In this document: piece by piece, positions 13,606-27,685 of the stretch | Layout of the letters: each line of letters opens with the position of its first letter | Position numbering within the stretch: the stretch's first letter is position 1 | From: Chlorokybus atmophyticus | Taxonomy: Eukaryota; Plantae; Mesostigma and Chlorokybus algae | Assembly: GCA_009103225.1 (NCBI GenBank) | Contig: RHPI01000385.1 | Coordinates: 402,493-466,492, forward strand | Reading direction: 5' to 3' | Length of the DNA stretch: 64,000 nt | Position numbers and translations under genes: made by a program | Notes under the pieces: model-generated | What the model saw: only the letters and a program-made list of their open reading frames with translations | The model's database searches: none | Told to the model about the DNA's origin: nothing

Positions 13606-16259
13606 TTATGACCACCAGAAGCTAATGGAAAGGGAGGGGTCTGGCTGCATGGCTCGCACATAATGCCACCTGCATCGGTCACTGCGTTGCCCCCATGCAC
13701 AAGGACATGCAGTATAATCAACAGTAAATGGTTATGACTTGTGCGTGCCTGTCGTACCACTTCTGCGGGATGTAGAGCATCTCTGAAGGCTCCAGCACGC
13801 ACTCGGAGAAAGGCAATCCTGCAAATTGTGGATACTTCTCGGCAGCGCGAGGGTCTTCAACATCCACCTAAATGATGCCAGAAAGGTGAGTGTGCAGGAA
13901 CAGTGATGAGGGTTGCAACAACCACCACTCTGTGTATCTGTTACAGGACATCAATAAGACAGCCAACGTTTCTCACCTGTGACGTGTTGCGCAGGAAGGG
14001 TGTAGCGAACGGGTACAGCTCTTGCGTGTGTTGCGGTGCATACAGCTTGATGTGCTTCTTTCCAAACACCTGTGATGCAATACAACTTGGCGTTGACTGA
14101 TGATGCATGTGCACGCATGCTCGCATGCACACACACTCACTCATCTCACACCTGAGCCAGCAGATTATGGTACGGGTCTCGGTGCAGCGGCGTGACCGTG
14201 CCGGCAGGACCCAACCATGCGTTCACTTGTGGCCGCGGGTCCCTCCCCGTGTGCGCCACGTACTTCGGCACCCTGTGATTGTGATGTTTCACAGACTGGT
14301 TGTGAGAGTATGTTGTACACACGTGCACGCACCTTATGTCTGCAGCAAGTTGAGGTTCGTGCTGAAGTAACCCATGCTGCGCTAGATACCCGCGCACGCC
14401 ACTCGGCAATGTTGACGTTGACGTTGACATTGATGTTGATGTTGTTGATTGTGTGGGTTTGCACTCGGTCGGCGGGCTCACGAACGCATCGACAAAGTCT
14501 CCGAAGCTCACTGCATAAGCAAAGCAAGTGCTGAGTCTTGAAGTGCACCATTTTGGAAGGAGGCATGTGTCCCACATATGTGGTAAAGTAAGTAAGCGTG
14601 CTGCGTGATCTTACTGGGTTTATTGGGCTGAAAGAGCGAGTCTTGAGCGCCTTGCGTGTAAGGGCCTATTCACAACACGCACTGAGTTCGGACTCAGAGA
14701 CGTTGAGGCAAACCCAGACTCTGTGCAGCAGCACATGATGCAGGCGCATGCGCACAGTCTCGGCAAAGGCTGCTAAGGCCTGACGCATGATTGTCATCGA
14801 GAACACACACACACAAGCATACTTAATTTGCGCACTTGGATGATGTCACAACTCTTCAGGAAGGACATTCCCTTTTCTCCCAATATACCTCACCGTCTTT
14901 ACTGCGTGCTTCAGGCGCAAACAGGTCGCGATAATCCGCCATGCGGCCATCAATGCGCGCACCACTTATCTCCACCGGCACTGCGACCACATGAGAGCGT
15001 GACACTACACAAATAGACACGAACAACACGCAAATCACTATGATGGTTTGGTGCAACCAGCGCAGGTTGTGCATAAGGTGCGTCGAGTACTTGAGAACAG
15101 AGCGTCATCGCAGTTTGCAAAGCAAAGCCCAATGAAGGACGTATGACGGTGTTGTTAGAATTCATAGCAAAAGTTGTGAGCGCTCACAATTTTCCTAATG
15201 AATTGTATCAGCTCTGTCACAAGTCCCTCATTGCGCTTTTCTTCGCAAACTACGAGAATTGCTCCTTTTCCAACGAACCTCTTCCACAATCCCCAACAGA
15301 AGCAAACCATCCGCACGGCACGCTGCCCCATCCACTACAAACTCAACGCTAACAATACCTCTACCGTGCCTCCAGCCATATGAGCCAATGCTTGCAAGTG
15401 AATATTACTGTGCATCCAGAGGTCACCCCTCAATATGCATACTCTGCTGTTGCAGTATTGGTTCTGCAAACAAAAGCTCAAAAACCAGTCTCCACAACAG
15501 CGCCTGTGGTGTGACCAATGTCTTTGACGACCGACTTACAAACAAACATAACAGCGCGTGGGCTGCATACAATCAGGCCCACCTGATGACACAACATGGC
15601 GTACCCGTGATGTGTTCGAGGCGCTGCCGCAGCGAGGAAACCGTCCATGAGGCGAGCGCTGGCCACTCGCGCATGGCTCCTGTGATAATGACGGGTTGCG
15701 ACGCCTGCCATACAACAACACCGAGAGTGTGTTCTTGCACAACACGAAACCTATTACACATCCATAGACACGAACTCTGAGGGTGTTGCAATAGTACTGC
15801 ATCACGGTGCTGACAGTATGTAGTACAGTATGTTGTTGCAAACTTCACCAAGCATTGGCTACTCCATCATTCGTAGCTGAAACGACGTTGCAAAGTCGTC
15901 AGTTTGCTTGCTTGCAAGTGATGCATTGAAGCCTATTCGCACATGCACAGTGCAAGCCGATTGAGGCTCATGCAGGACAGGACAGGTGCTCCCTCGTTAT
16001 AGTCTCTCCGCAATCTGTGCAACCATACACGCCACTACCCAACCTCAAAGTACGCTGTCCTGAACTCCTCCACGTCGGGCCTCTCCGCCCTGCCAACGGC
16101 TGTCGCGGCGGCTCCAGCTCCGCATGACGACGAGGACGACAATGAGGAGGCGAGAGAGGACGAGAACAAGCGGCGGACTGCCTGTTGGCGCCACATGCTT
16201 GCTGGGAGACTACTGTCAAGCAAGCGCAAGTGAACTGGGGATGTTGATGACACTGCCAT
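13606..16259 (-). CDS. JmjC-domain 2-oxoglutarate oxygenase, JMJD5/KDM8/JMJ30-like
   Basis: Motifs EEFRTAYFE, PVIITGAMREWPA, YLAQHGLL, VNAWLGPAGTVTPLHRDPYHNLLAQ (HxD), VFGKKHIKLY, LEPSEMLYIPQKWWHYVRA (distal His), SISFWWS* (TAA 13606-13608). Start codon uncertain (16259 or 16196). Confidence 0.88.
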
Positions 16260-17237
16260 CGATGACCCGTTGGATGTCGTCGCATGCAGACGCACAAGCA
16301 CTACCATACTGTGCTGCTACACTGTAGCCTGAAGCCGTTAATCTGTGCTGCAAACGTGCGTTTATGTATGAATAAATGCAACAGAAGCATCATGCAATGG
16401 AGCCTGTAGTTAGGCGCACTGTGTTTTCAACGCTTAAACATATGGGTTATACCCGGCAATATCCCAAGACGGATTCCTTACACAAGGAGTTCACAGTACT
16501 ATACCCTATGCTTGAACTTACGATTACAAATTCCAACCGACCCTGTTACTTTGGCGTTATGACACAATCTATAACTCCAACACGCTGCATTGGAAAAGTG
16601 TAGGCTGCACAAATGGTCTCAAAACTATGTCAGTAGAAAGATGCAATACTGCCGATAAGTGTACATCCATCACTAGTCTACTACGCACATGCAGGGTATT
16701 GCAGGGTCACACGTTGCATCATGCACACATCCCATCAGGCAAATGAGCATACACTCGTGATTATCTGAGCCAGCGCCGGGTACTATCACTATCTAGCGCA
16801 CACTGTATACAACTACTAACCCACCCCGCTAGACATGGCAGTAAACATGCAGTCCAATTATACCTGCAACACGCCAAGGTATATGTGTATGTATAGAGTT
16901 TATGCTGCCATGCCAAAAGTGTAACCATGGACAACTGCAACGCAAGCTTAGTTGAGTATGACCTTTATATGGTACCATGATAGCCATAGCGAAGTTTCAA
17001 GCATGCAAGCTGTAGCCTATAGGTGTGCACTCCCTGCATGGCCAAAGTGCAATACCTATAATACGTAGGTTACCTTGTATTCGCGTGTGGCGCTGGGTCA
17101 GCACAATATACCAAGTTCTGAACCACACTATGCTCCTTGCCAAACACGCATGCTTCATAGACACGCATTGACAAGAGGAGTGTGCAACGGGAAAGCATAC
17201 ACATGTACACGGGTGGTGAAACCAACAAGCTGTGTAC

Positions 17238-20200
17238 TCAAGTTCCTCGGGGTCGCGAGCTTGATCCGCGATGGCCTGGGGCGCGACCTGGCCTTCCTGG
17301 CCCACCGCTGCTACCCTCACGGGATGACAGCTGCCGCACGCGGTCCAGCAGCGGCTCTGGTATTTGCATGCCAGCCTGTTGCCAAAACAAAGTGGTTATC
17401 AATTTGCATGGCATGTCTGCCAATAAATGCGTGTGCACACATACCGATCGCTGAGGTCGGTTCCCCTTGGACTCCGACTGCACTCGACTGGCCCTAAGCA
17501 AGTTGCGCCACTTGTCCTGCGGGCGAACAATAACAGTCAGTACTGGGGCAAGTCAAACCTCAACAATCACATGCTAATGCTATACTCAAGCAACAGGCAA
17601 TAGGCTTACTTTCAAATCAACGGCAGTGCGATACCCAGCTGATGCAAACGACAGCTTCTTTATATCCGCCCATTTCCCATTGCCGCACTTCCCGACGCCC
17701 TCTACCAACAGCTTGACCTCCATCAGCGACCACGGCCGGTGGTGCTTACGACGAAGACCACCAGTTGTCGTGGTGTCATCACCAGACTTTTCATCCTCCC
17801 TCTCAATGTCCTTCTGCAGAGTACAGGGCAACACTGTCAACAAACATACAGGACAACCAAATGAGCAAACATGCAGCCGATAACGGGAAGGCCCCCGCCG
17901 GCTTACTCTCCGCGCCTTGTCCATGTCGCTAGGGCGGCGCCGTGCAACGGGCATGCCATCTTTATCTTTGCGTTTCTCCGGCGAATGCACTTCTGATGAT
18001 CGGGCTTTCTTCACGGGTGGCACGCTCCCACCTGATGTTTCCCCTGATTTCCTCTGCATCAGAAGTTGATGCATAAGTGAACAGCGCTGCACACTTCAAG
18101 CCACCCTCCACACAGGCCAACCACCTGTTCAGCTACATACGACATTAGACTAGAAACCCCACAATACCTTGCCAGCGCTTTCTTCGTAACCCTTTGACTT
18201 CAATGCCGGCTTTTTGTACATGCCTTTCAAGGGCGGGGGGCTTAATGAACCAGCTCTTGCTTCTCCAACTTTGCCCGCTGCTGCTGGTAAGCTGGACTTG
18301 CGGCTCGCTCCACGTGAGGCTATCTGCGCGTGGGCTCTAGCGGATATGCGTGCCGCAGCTTTAGACTTTTGCTGCGAGTTGAAGGTTGTCGGCATGCTCA
18401 GGGTGCTCGCCTCTGTTGGCTGCTCTTCAAACTGATCCAACCCATCTAACGCTGTTTCCGTGTCCTCATCAAGAGGTGAAGCCGTCGGTGACGGCCCGTC
18501 AGGCGGAGAACCAGGCTTGACTGCCTCTGCCAGCTCGTCCTCTGTATAGCGCGGATTGGGTTTTCTATGCCTTTTGTTATGGTCTGACACATCCGTGCCA
18601 GGTGAAAGGACAACAACTTCCTCTGCATCCACGTCATGCGTATGGGCATCATCGTGACGGGCATGCTCAAGGTGAAGCTGATCTTCAACAGCGGGCTCGT
18701 CGCCATCAGCCAGAGGCACTGCATCAACGGCGCCATACTCCCCTTGCTGTTGCTGCTCCTGCAGCTCACACACATCGTCTTCAAGTACAGTACATTGTAA
18801 CTCTGCCACTTCATACAGCTGAGCTGTTTCAGCTGGCTGCCCTGCGGGCGCTGTTCGCGGCGTCAACAACGCACCCAACTCAGCCTCGGGCTCTGCTTCC
18901 AGTTCAAGTTCAGGCGCCGGCTCTCGCTCTGGCTCTGGCAGTGGCTGCTGTGCAAGTGAAGAAGCAGTGATAACAGGTTCTGCAGATTGCACAGCCTCAG
19001 ATGGCAGGGGCGGGGACGGTATTGCGAGCCGAGAGAGGTTGTCTCTGCGGTGGCCGGCGTGGGCCTCTCTCAGTCGCCGCTTGAGCCAGTTCTTGTCCTT
19101 GACGGACGTGTCGGTGCCATAATAGGAGCGGTAGCGCGAGTGCAGCTCCCTGACGGACATGCGTTCCAGTGCGGACCCTGAGGGCCCTCTATGTAAGGGT
19201 TCTCCTAAGAGAGGGTGTCTCCGTCGGGGACTGCTGGCGCCTGTTGGCATGCCCTGCATTAGGCCACTTAAGTGGCGAAAACTTCCCGAACCTGCCTCAC
19301 CATGCGAGTGCACCATGGGCATGGATGCCTCAAACTCGCCACCTTCCTCAAAGTACTTTGGGTTGGGCCGTCGATGGCGTTTGCCGATTGCGTCAAGCGA
19401 CCCCGGACCCGCAGAGTCACAATCGTACCCCAATGGATACAACGTAATGGTATCAGAAGCTGGGTTGTGCTGTCTTGGTTCTGCAGAGGTGCTGCCATTA
19501 TTCAAGTTGCGCTCCTGCACTTCCACTTTACTCAACATGCGGTTCAACACCTGCAAACCGCATGCTTATTATTAACATACGCATAGAGCAACATCATTGG
19601 TTTGACACCACACGCATGCAAACTGCTAATTGATGAGTTGTTGTAAACAGGTATCGACATCAGTGCAACAACACATCACCAATCAAGGATTTGCAGGCAA
19701 CTAGAGCAATTGCAATACCTCCATGCGAGCAAGAAGTCGGCTTCGCTGCACTTCAGCATCAGCAATGCCTGCCATCAAACCAACTAGTAAGCACCCACAC
19801 ACACGCAAGACTCTGGTGAATCATGTGAACTTGTGAAGATATGGAGCGCTACTGCCGCATTGACATGACTCTCACTTGTCATGGTGCGCGGTGTAGCTGC
19901 CTCAGCCTGCTCAACATAGGCTTCCAGCTGTGCAATCTCCTCTGGTGTTGCGGGCTGAACGGTTCCATCATCAGCAATCTGCAAGTGCAAGATGCTATGT
20001 AAGTGTCAACGCATAACTATTAAGCCTGCATATGCCAAGCTGTGCTGCACATTACACACTGAATTGCGCATGAAACTCTGCCATCACACTGCAAGCACAT
20101 GGCAACGGCCACATGCTTGCATTTCATGTTCCACAACAATGTTTATCATGACAAAATGATTTGCATTGCAGCTTGGCACGCGCGGACACTGACTTGAGTA

Positions 20201-20435
20201 TCGGCTGAACACCAAACTGTAAGTAGCAGGCAGTGCATAGATACAACGCGGATATGTACAGCCAGCAGCACCAGCACCCAACAACACCAGTAGTACTACT
20301 ACTGGTGGGTGAAAAAACCAATCTTGCGTACGTTACCTTGACTAGCTTGTAGAGCATTCGCGGGCTGGGGCCAACATCCATAGGGGAAACGGAAGGATAC
20401 ACCATGGTGTCGCCCTCTTTGTCCTCGTCGTCCAT
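17238..20435 (-). CDS. TRFL: Telomere-repeat-binding-factor-like Myb protein (TRFL3/TRFL6-type)
   Basis: N-terminal MLYKLVK|IADDGTVQPATPEE, central LERMSVRELHSRYRSYYGTDTSVKDKNWLKRRL, C-terminal telobox Myb RRKHHRPWSLMEVKLLVEGVGKCGNGKWADIKKLSFASAGYRTAVDLK|DKWRNLLRAS. Confidence 0.9.
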
Positions 20436-21599
20436 TGTTTACCGCGGTCCTTACATGGTTGACACTACCTCAATTGGATATGCTGTGAAACAAGAAAGCC
20501 AAGTGAGGCTCCACGCGGTGACAATTGTACTAGCAGAGCGCCACCATGACAATTGGAGGAGCTGTAGTTCACATCACAGCACAGGGTTATACATATGCAC
20601 CTGTCTACAACCTACAGCGCAAGCAACACAATTAAAGCCATAAAAGCATGGACAGACATGCACGTGATAGGGCTTTTTTCAGACCTGCCCAACAACCGAA
20701 ACTCTTGAGTGTGAGCCCACTTGCCAGCAGTTTGATAGGACAACCGTTCTGCCCTGACCGAGACGGTCTCAAGCCGCTCGCTGCACACCTGAGAACGTAG
20801 GATCAGAACAATGTTGCTGCCTGCAAAGGTTTGCCAAGCTTTTCTTGTCCTCCGAAAACTGTATGTAGCTTAACCTACAAAGCACCAAAAAAACGCCAGG
20901 CTTGCTCAATGTTGCTGAAATCGGGATGTTGATTAACACTGCTCGTTGATTACTACAAACCATCACCTTACAACGCCTACTAAACAATGCAGTCTCAGCA
21001 AGCGTCACAGTTACGCTTTTAGCATGTAATGGTTTTGCACATCAGGTGCGTGGCATTGATTGAACGGTTCAATCATACAACCAAAGCACCTCATTTTGCC
21101 ACTACAGTGCCAGCAAATCTCCGCTGCACGATCCACACACTTGCCTGAACAACAAACGGCTTCCTCCACAATGCAAGCATCGATGTTATCTCTACACAGA
21201 CAACTATAAAACGTATGCAAGACGGGTGTCAGCCGGCCTGGCATGGCCAGACTAGCATGGTGCGAAGCAGCCAGCAGCAAATCTGGCCACACGGCTATAG
21301 CAACAAGCATTGCGTAAACACTCGGAGAGACAGGCCTGAAAAGCATAAAGTTAGTGTCTGCTTACCAGCTTTCCAAACCCAGCGTCACCCGCCAGCCACC
21401 GCCCCGTCCTCACGACCGCCGCCGCCACCACCGCCGGACGCCACGCCGGAACAGTGTACGGGCTAAGCTTAGGGTTGGCTGTGGCACAGGCTGTGTACCA
21501 CTCGATCGCCGCAGTCTACCATTCGACCTCGGAGCTCTTCGCGCAGGCCTCTGAGGGGAGGCTCAAAGTCTGAGCACAGACGCTGTCTGGCGGGGAACT

Positions 21600-24500
21600 T
21601 GTATACACTAGGGGAAGGGGACGCCTTAGTCTGAGGGCCTCAAACCTTGTATGGCATGCGGCAGGTCCAGTGCAGAGAACTCCAGCCTGGTACAGGTGGT
21701 TCACCCGCCATTCGCCGGAACATCAGCAACTTGCCTCCATTGCGCTGCCTGCCTCCTGCCGCACTAGCACGCACGCACATTTTGCTAATCCTCTTTGTAC
21801 ATGTTCTCAGTGCTTCAAGTGCTCGTTAATTGCTGGTTTGTTTGGCCAATGACTTAGCACATTTCGCACTTATGCACTGGGTATGCAGGTATCATGCGGA
21901 AGCACTGTCCTGCTGCTTCGTCTCCCGCCTTTGCATCCAGATTCGCGTGCTCTGAGCTTGGGGAACGTACTGCCTGACGTTGGCCCTTATGGCCCTGTAG
22001 ACATTGTTATGTGTGGCCTTTCGCGAGTCTGCCTGAGCATGCCTTCGTTGATGTGGGGAACACATAGCAAGCGCACACAAGTCGCTGACGAGAGTTGTAT
22101 GCAAGCGCATCAGTAAACACCAGCGAAGCATGGCATCGATGAAGCAACACTAGGGGCCCAGGCTGAGCTAGACAATGGCAACAAGAGGACAAGACGTGCA
22201 CGTGTGCACTCACGACAGAAGCACCAAACACATAACAAGAGACTGTTGCATTGATGCCAGCACATCACCAGCACGTCAGCTCAACATCTGGATGATTGTA
22301 GCATCACTAAGGAGGTATTAAGCTGCACGTGCGTGCCTGTGTCTGCTACCTGGCGTCTGTTTGCTTGCTATTGTATGCACGCTGGACATGCCCAATGCGC
22401 ATGGACGGACCATATCATACGCAACTCTTTGCTGTCACATACAGTCCTCAACGAGCACATCGCCCTATATGCTTGGGTAAGCAGCCTATGCTGCTGAGCC
22501 TTTGTCGTGTTGAATGTACCGGTACACGTCAGCAAGCTTTTGCTTGCCAGCATCACCGCCGAATATCAGCATGGAGTCGCCAACGGCCACGGCTGTATGT
22601 GCGAATCGCGGACAAGGGCCTTGCGCCTGTGGCTGAACAGCATGCCACATGCCAGAACCTGCAGGGATTGCACAGTGTTATTGTTGGTGCACGTGCGACC
22701 TGCATGCCCAAAGAGCGAGCTATGCTCACCAAAACAAAATGCATGGAGGTCATTTACAGGGTGGACATCCTTCCGGCCGCCATCATTGCCGCCGAAAACG
22801 TACATCCTGTAAGACCAACAGGTTGTCAAAAGCTGCTAACAGGAAGACATGCCTGGTGTGCTTAGGCAGCATCTAATTGAATGATACAATATCTCTGACT
22901 CAACCTTACCAGTGTCCAATGACAGCGGCTGAATGGTCATGTCTTGCAGCAGGCGCGTCTCCTTCACATACCACCTGCCTCCAACTATTCTGCTCTGCAC
23001 ACACAAGATGACATTGACATAAAGCCTGGCCAACAGGCTGCAAGTCAGTCATGAAGTGCCTCCACATGCACGTGAAGAGTGCTTACCAATATCGTAGCAG
23101 TACAAGTCTGCCATATTCTTAGAATCGCTTGAACGCGTGTTACCCCCAAATATGTACATACAGGAATTGTACAGCACTGCTGAGTGCCGCCACCGAGGTG
23201 GTGGCAGTGCACCTTCTGGCTTGAGTGCAGTCCATTGCGATGTCTCTGCGCGTTACATGTAAATAGCGTGCACATGAGGGTGGGAAGAGCGCCAAGCGCA
23301 GCGGCACAACAATGCTGCATAGTTGTTTGACACTGCTGGGACCTGTGCATGTTCAAGCTACACCAAAACACATGCATCTCTGCCAAACAAAAGTACTGAC
23401 CAAAGTTGAATACATGCAACTCGTTGGTGCTGCTGCCAGCAAAGTAGCCTCCAAATAAATACCTGCACGTTCAGCGTTGATGCAAGCCCTGAAACTGCAT
23501 GCAAGCAGGCGCAGCAAGCATGCGTAAAGCAGAATAAACGCACATCTTATCATTGTATACGACTGTTGTGTGCCCATGGCGTCCACTAGGTACATCACCG
23601 GTGCCGGTAATGCGACCCCACTTGGACGTTTCTGGCGAGACAAGTTGCATATTGGTCTCTCGCAAGACAACATAGTGATGTGAGCCATGCAACGCGCTCC
23701 TGCTGAACAAAAATCTCTTACCAAAATCATAGACATACATGTCGTTCTTCGCCATGTCCCCACCGCCAGCTCCCAATGTCCACTGGAATCCACAAAGGCC
23801 ATCAGAAGTCACATCAAGCGACTGCACAGAACCAAAATGCATTCCGTCCGCTCAGCCTACCGGGTAGCCTGAAACACAACAACAGCGCACTTGCTGTCCT
23901 GCAGATACCACCTGCACCCTCACCTTTGCAAAAGAGGGAAATGAAGGGAAGCCGCCAAAAATGTACACACGACCGGAACGCGCCACTGCAGTATGGTAAG
24001 TTCTCTCATCGGGAGCCATTCCCGTAGGCAGGCGAAGTTGCCATTCCGCTGTGGCTGTACGCAGCAATACAGACCATATATACACAAGTCAATGAATCCT
24101 GCTAAGCACAGCGCTATGCAATCAAGGCGCAACATGGCTGTCAATAGCCAGCAGGGGACAAGCGTGCAATGCATCTCAGCTAGCGATAAGACACCCTGTA
24201 CTTTTCGCAGGGGAATGTGACTTGCCTGTTGAGAAGGTCCACAAGTCGTGACTGGCAGCGCTAGAGCTACCACCGAAGACAACCATGTTGTCATTGACTA
24301 CTGTAGCGGCATGCATGCTGCATGGCTGTGGCTGCCATTCTGAGCGGAAACGCAACTGCTGCCATGTGCCTGTTGACAAACCAAACACCCACATAAACAT
24401 GGGCATACAGCATTGCATTCAGTCGTGCATAAGAGGCCTCTGTCTGCTTCTGACATCGATCAAAGCCTAAGAACGAAGCACCATGCAGCGACCACAGCAC

Positions 24501-24600
24501 AATCACCAGAGTCTGGAGGGCGGCCGACAGCCATGCGCTCCACTTGCTCGCTCGACTGGCTGACAGTAGGAGCTTCTGCCTCACCGGACATTGCACCACC
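21600..24600 (-). CDS. Kelch-repeat (beta-propeller) protein; both ends approximate
   Basis: Four Kelch blades across spliced exons: PQPCSMHAATVVNDNMVVFGGS...DLWTFST, PDERTYHTAVARSGRVYIFGG, PSGRHGHTTVVYNDKM|MYVFGGNDG...NDLHAFCF, PCPRFAHTAVAVGDSMLIFGGD...DVYR. Terminal exons not resolved. Confidence 0.75.
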
Positions 24601-25196
24601 TTAAACTGAGCAAGTGCTCAAGCTCAAACGCTCAACCAACGCGAAACCTACGTCAACACCTAAACGCTGAGCTGCAATGCTGCTGGAATAGCAATGACGC
24701 GTTCGTTGCAACGCAGGCTGCGCGCGCCATGTAAACCAGCAACTCAGACAGCAAATTCCTCCAACACAAGCAATGCCAGCGATTCGTTCACCGCCGTCGT
24801 CGCCGCCGCCAGTGCTCCCGCCAATGCACACAAGCCGCCACGCGTCCCTTTGATGCACGCCGCAGGTTCAGTGCCTTAATAGGCCGGCATTCAGTGCCTT
24901 AACGTGCACTTTCAGCGAGCAGCAGCGGCCTTATTGTTGCCACTCAGCGAGTTAACAGTCTATTGTGAGCCGGTCCAGAGCATTCAGTGTCTGAACGGCA
25001 TGAGTTAAGTGTCTTAACGCGTACATATGCCGCCGCCGCCGCCGCCGCATTGTCGTGGTTGCATTGCGTGTAGGCGAGGAGGCGAGCGACACAGAGAGAA
25101 AGCTTACAGCAGCTTGGGGTGCTGTGAGGCGCTGACTGGGGTGGTATGGTGGGGGTGCAGGGGGTAGCAGGGACTATGTGTCCGTCGTCATGCGTC

Positions 25197-27685
25197 ATGC
25201 AAACCACGACGACGCTACCGCTGCTGCTAGTGGGTCGCTCTTCCTGGTTGGCTGGACAGCGCCGGCCTGAGCGCAGGAGGTCACACGGACAGCAGCAATG
25301 CTGGTCTCTGCATAGCTGCTTGCCAAGGTACTGAAGTTTACGTGTCTACAGTGCCATGCACACAGCACAAGCTTGGTGCAGTATCAGCCAATTCTGCAAA
25401 TGTGCAACACCACTCATGTGTTTGAGGTCATACTTTCGTGTTGCGTTACCAGCAAGTCGAGCTGAATTTTGAAAGGACACTTAGGCTTCGCAGTCACCAC
25501 TCCCTTTGCATGTGACTGCGCGAGTATGTTGTACCCCAGCATTGTCAGCTGCACACTGTGCTAAGAGCATGCAATTCACTTCATTGGAACAACACATGGT
25601 CCGCCCATTCATTCGCCCAAACAGGAAACCAGTAGCCGCAGGCCGCGTATTCGATGCACACTTATGACATAATCCTTGCACTGAATAAGCACCCCCTGGG
25701 TATGTCGTGGTTTGAATGGGACAACATAATCAGACGAGGATGCAACAGCCCTTCCCCCTGGTGTCGCTGGTGATGCTGCAATGTGCACTTCCAGCAATGG
25801 TTCACGTTGAGAACAGCATGCGTAACAGCGTACTCTTCGCCATGCAGTACACGGCGAACATGTGCGACGATCGCGGTAGATGCTCAAGAAGCTGTTGCCG
25901 GTCCCCGAAGACCCCAGCCTAACCGGACCCCCAGGGCCAAGGGTAATGAACAGTCCAGGACCAAGGGTAATGAACAGTCCAAAGGCGATGACAATGCGGC
26001 ACAGGAGCTTCGGTCACCACCAGGACACAAAAGTGGTACGTCAGCTGACGCAGCTGTGTGCATGTTGCCTGCAGTGTGGTGTTTATGTTTGATACAAGCG
26101 TCTGCTGTCAAAAGGGTTCTTGTCTAGCGGAGAATTGCTTGCCATAAGCACTGCCGTGCAGGTTGGTCTAAGCGCCATGCTGCTTGCAATGTAGGGTACA
26201 TAGCACTTATGGGGAAGCCAAATGCTGGGAAGAGCACGCTACTGAATGCAATCATTGGTCAAAAGCTGGCGATTGTTACTCGCAAGCCACAGACTACGCG
26301 GCACAGGATACTAGGAATCTTGTCAGATGATGACTCCCAGGTACGTACAGTACTCATATTGAGTTGCCAACAGGTTTCCATGATAGCCAGGCATGCGCTC
26401 ACAGGTTCAAAGGCTCAGTGTCGCTTCACATATCTGCGGCTTGGCTGCATGCCTGGTTGCGCATCTCTGTGCTGACATGTTTTGCATGCAGGCGCTTTTT
26501 ATGGACACTCCTGGTGTCATGAAGGAAAAGCGCACCAAATTGGATGAAATGATGATGACGTCATGCAAGACAGCTTTGCTTAGTGCTGACTTGCTGGTGT
26601 TGATTGTTGATGCTACAGCGGAGCGTGAATCTGCACTACCTGAGTTGCCACAGGTATCATACAGTGCACGATGCTACAAGTAGTCGGCAATCATGCAGAT
26701 CTGCATGTCTGCTTACTGTCAGTTGGGTTCTGCCTATGTTTTGCACACTGTGCGGTTGCATGCCCTGTTGGCACCATCACTATCCAAGGTCACAAGCAGC
26801 ATGTGATAGGCCAATGTCATGTGTGCAGGTTGAAAGCATGCCAAAGACCCTTCTTGTACTTAATAAAGTTGACTTGTTGGCGGCTCGGAGTTTGCCAGAC
26901 CTGGTCGAGTGGTACAGTCAGAATACACAAGCGGATGCAGTGTTTCCGATTTCCGCCAAGCAGAACATTGGTGTTCCAGATATTGTCTCTTGGGTTAAGA
27001 ACAACTTGCCCCTTGGTCCAGCTTTCTATCCAAAGGACATCGTCAGCGAGCATCCGGAGCGGTTCTTTATTGCCGAAATCATTAGGGAAAAGGTATCCAC
27101 AGCATTTGCCTGATCCAGCTGGTCTGCTGTGTGGTGTTGCAGCTGTTGGTTGTGCTGTTGCTTTGTTCATCTCTTACATACTGTGTGTGGTTGGGTTCTT
27201 CTTACGTCTGCACATGCCAGGTATTCGACTTGTACTCCGAAGAAGTGCCATACTCAACGCAAGTGAACGTTTACAACTATATTGCACGAGGAGCAAATCA
27301 GAAGGACTATGTTGGTGTGAGGATAATCGTGGAACGCGAAACACAAAAACGAATATTGATTGGCAAGGTATGATGTATTGTTGCTTTAAAGTGGGTTACT
27401 AGCAAGTTGCTCGAGCATATGCTGTCAGCTGCCCTGGTTGCCGGGTTTTTGCTCCTTCCAGCTATGATAGCAGCTCTCGCCGTTGGACGGGTGTCAATCA
27501 GCGCTTACTGCATGCAGGGTGGCAATGCATTAAAGGCACTGGCATCCGCAGCGCGCGTGGACATAGAGGAGTTTGTTGGCAAGGGTGTGTTCATGGACAT
27601 GAAGGTGGAGGTGCAGGAGAACTGGAGGGCAGATACCAAGCTCCTCACAAATTTTGGCTACAAGACCACACCCAAAGCTGCCTAA
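25197..27685 (+). CDS. era: GTPase Era, probably chloroplastic
   Basis: HKS|[18 protein letters not shown] (G1), KPQTTRHRI (G2), MDTPGV (G3), LNKVD (G4), and a KH domain ([17 protein letters not shown]|[19 protein letters not shown]) ending at TAA 27683-27685. The N-terminal exons are less certain. Confidence 0.93.
25929..25980 (+). repeat. 24-bp tandem duplication in an Era N-terminal exon ([16 protein letters not shown])
   Basis: ccagg(g/a)ccaagggtaatgaacagt occurs twice in tandem and keeps the reading frame. Confidence 0.9.

Noticed and set aside
22900-22975. Exon-like block (WYVKETRLLQDMTIQPLSLDT) with the same phases as a Kelch exon, suggesting mutually exclusive splicing
   Set aside because: It has no Kelch character and there is no independent support; too speculative without transcripts.
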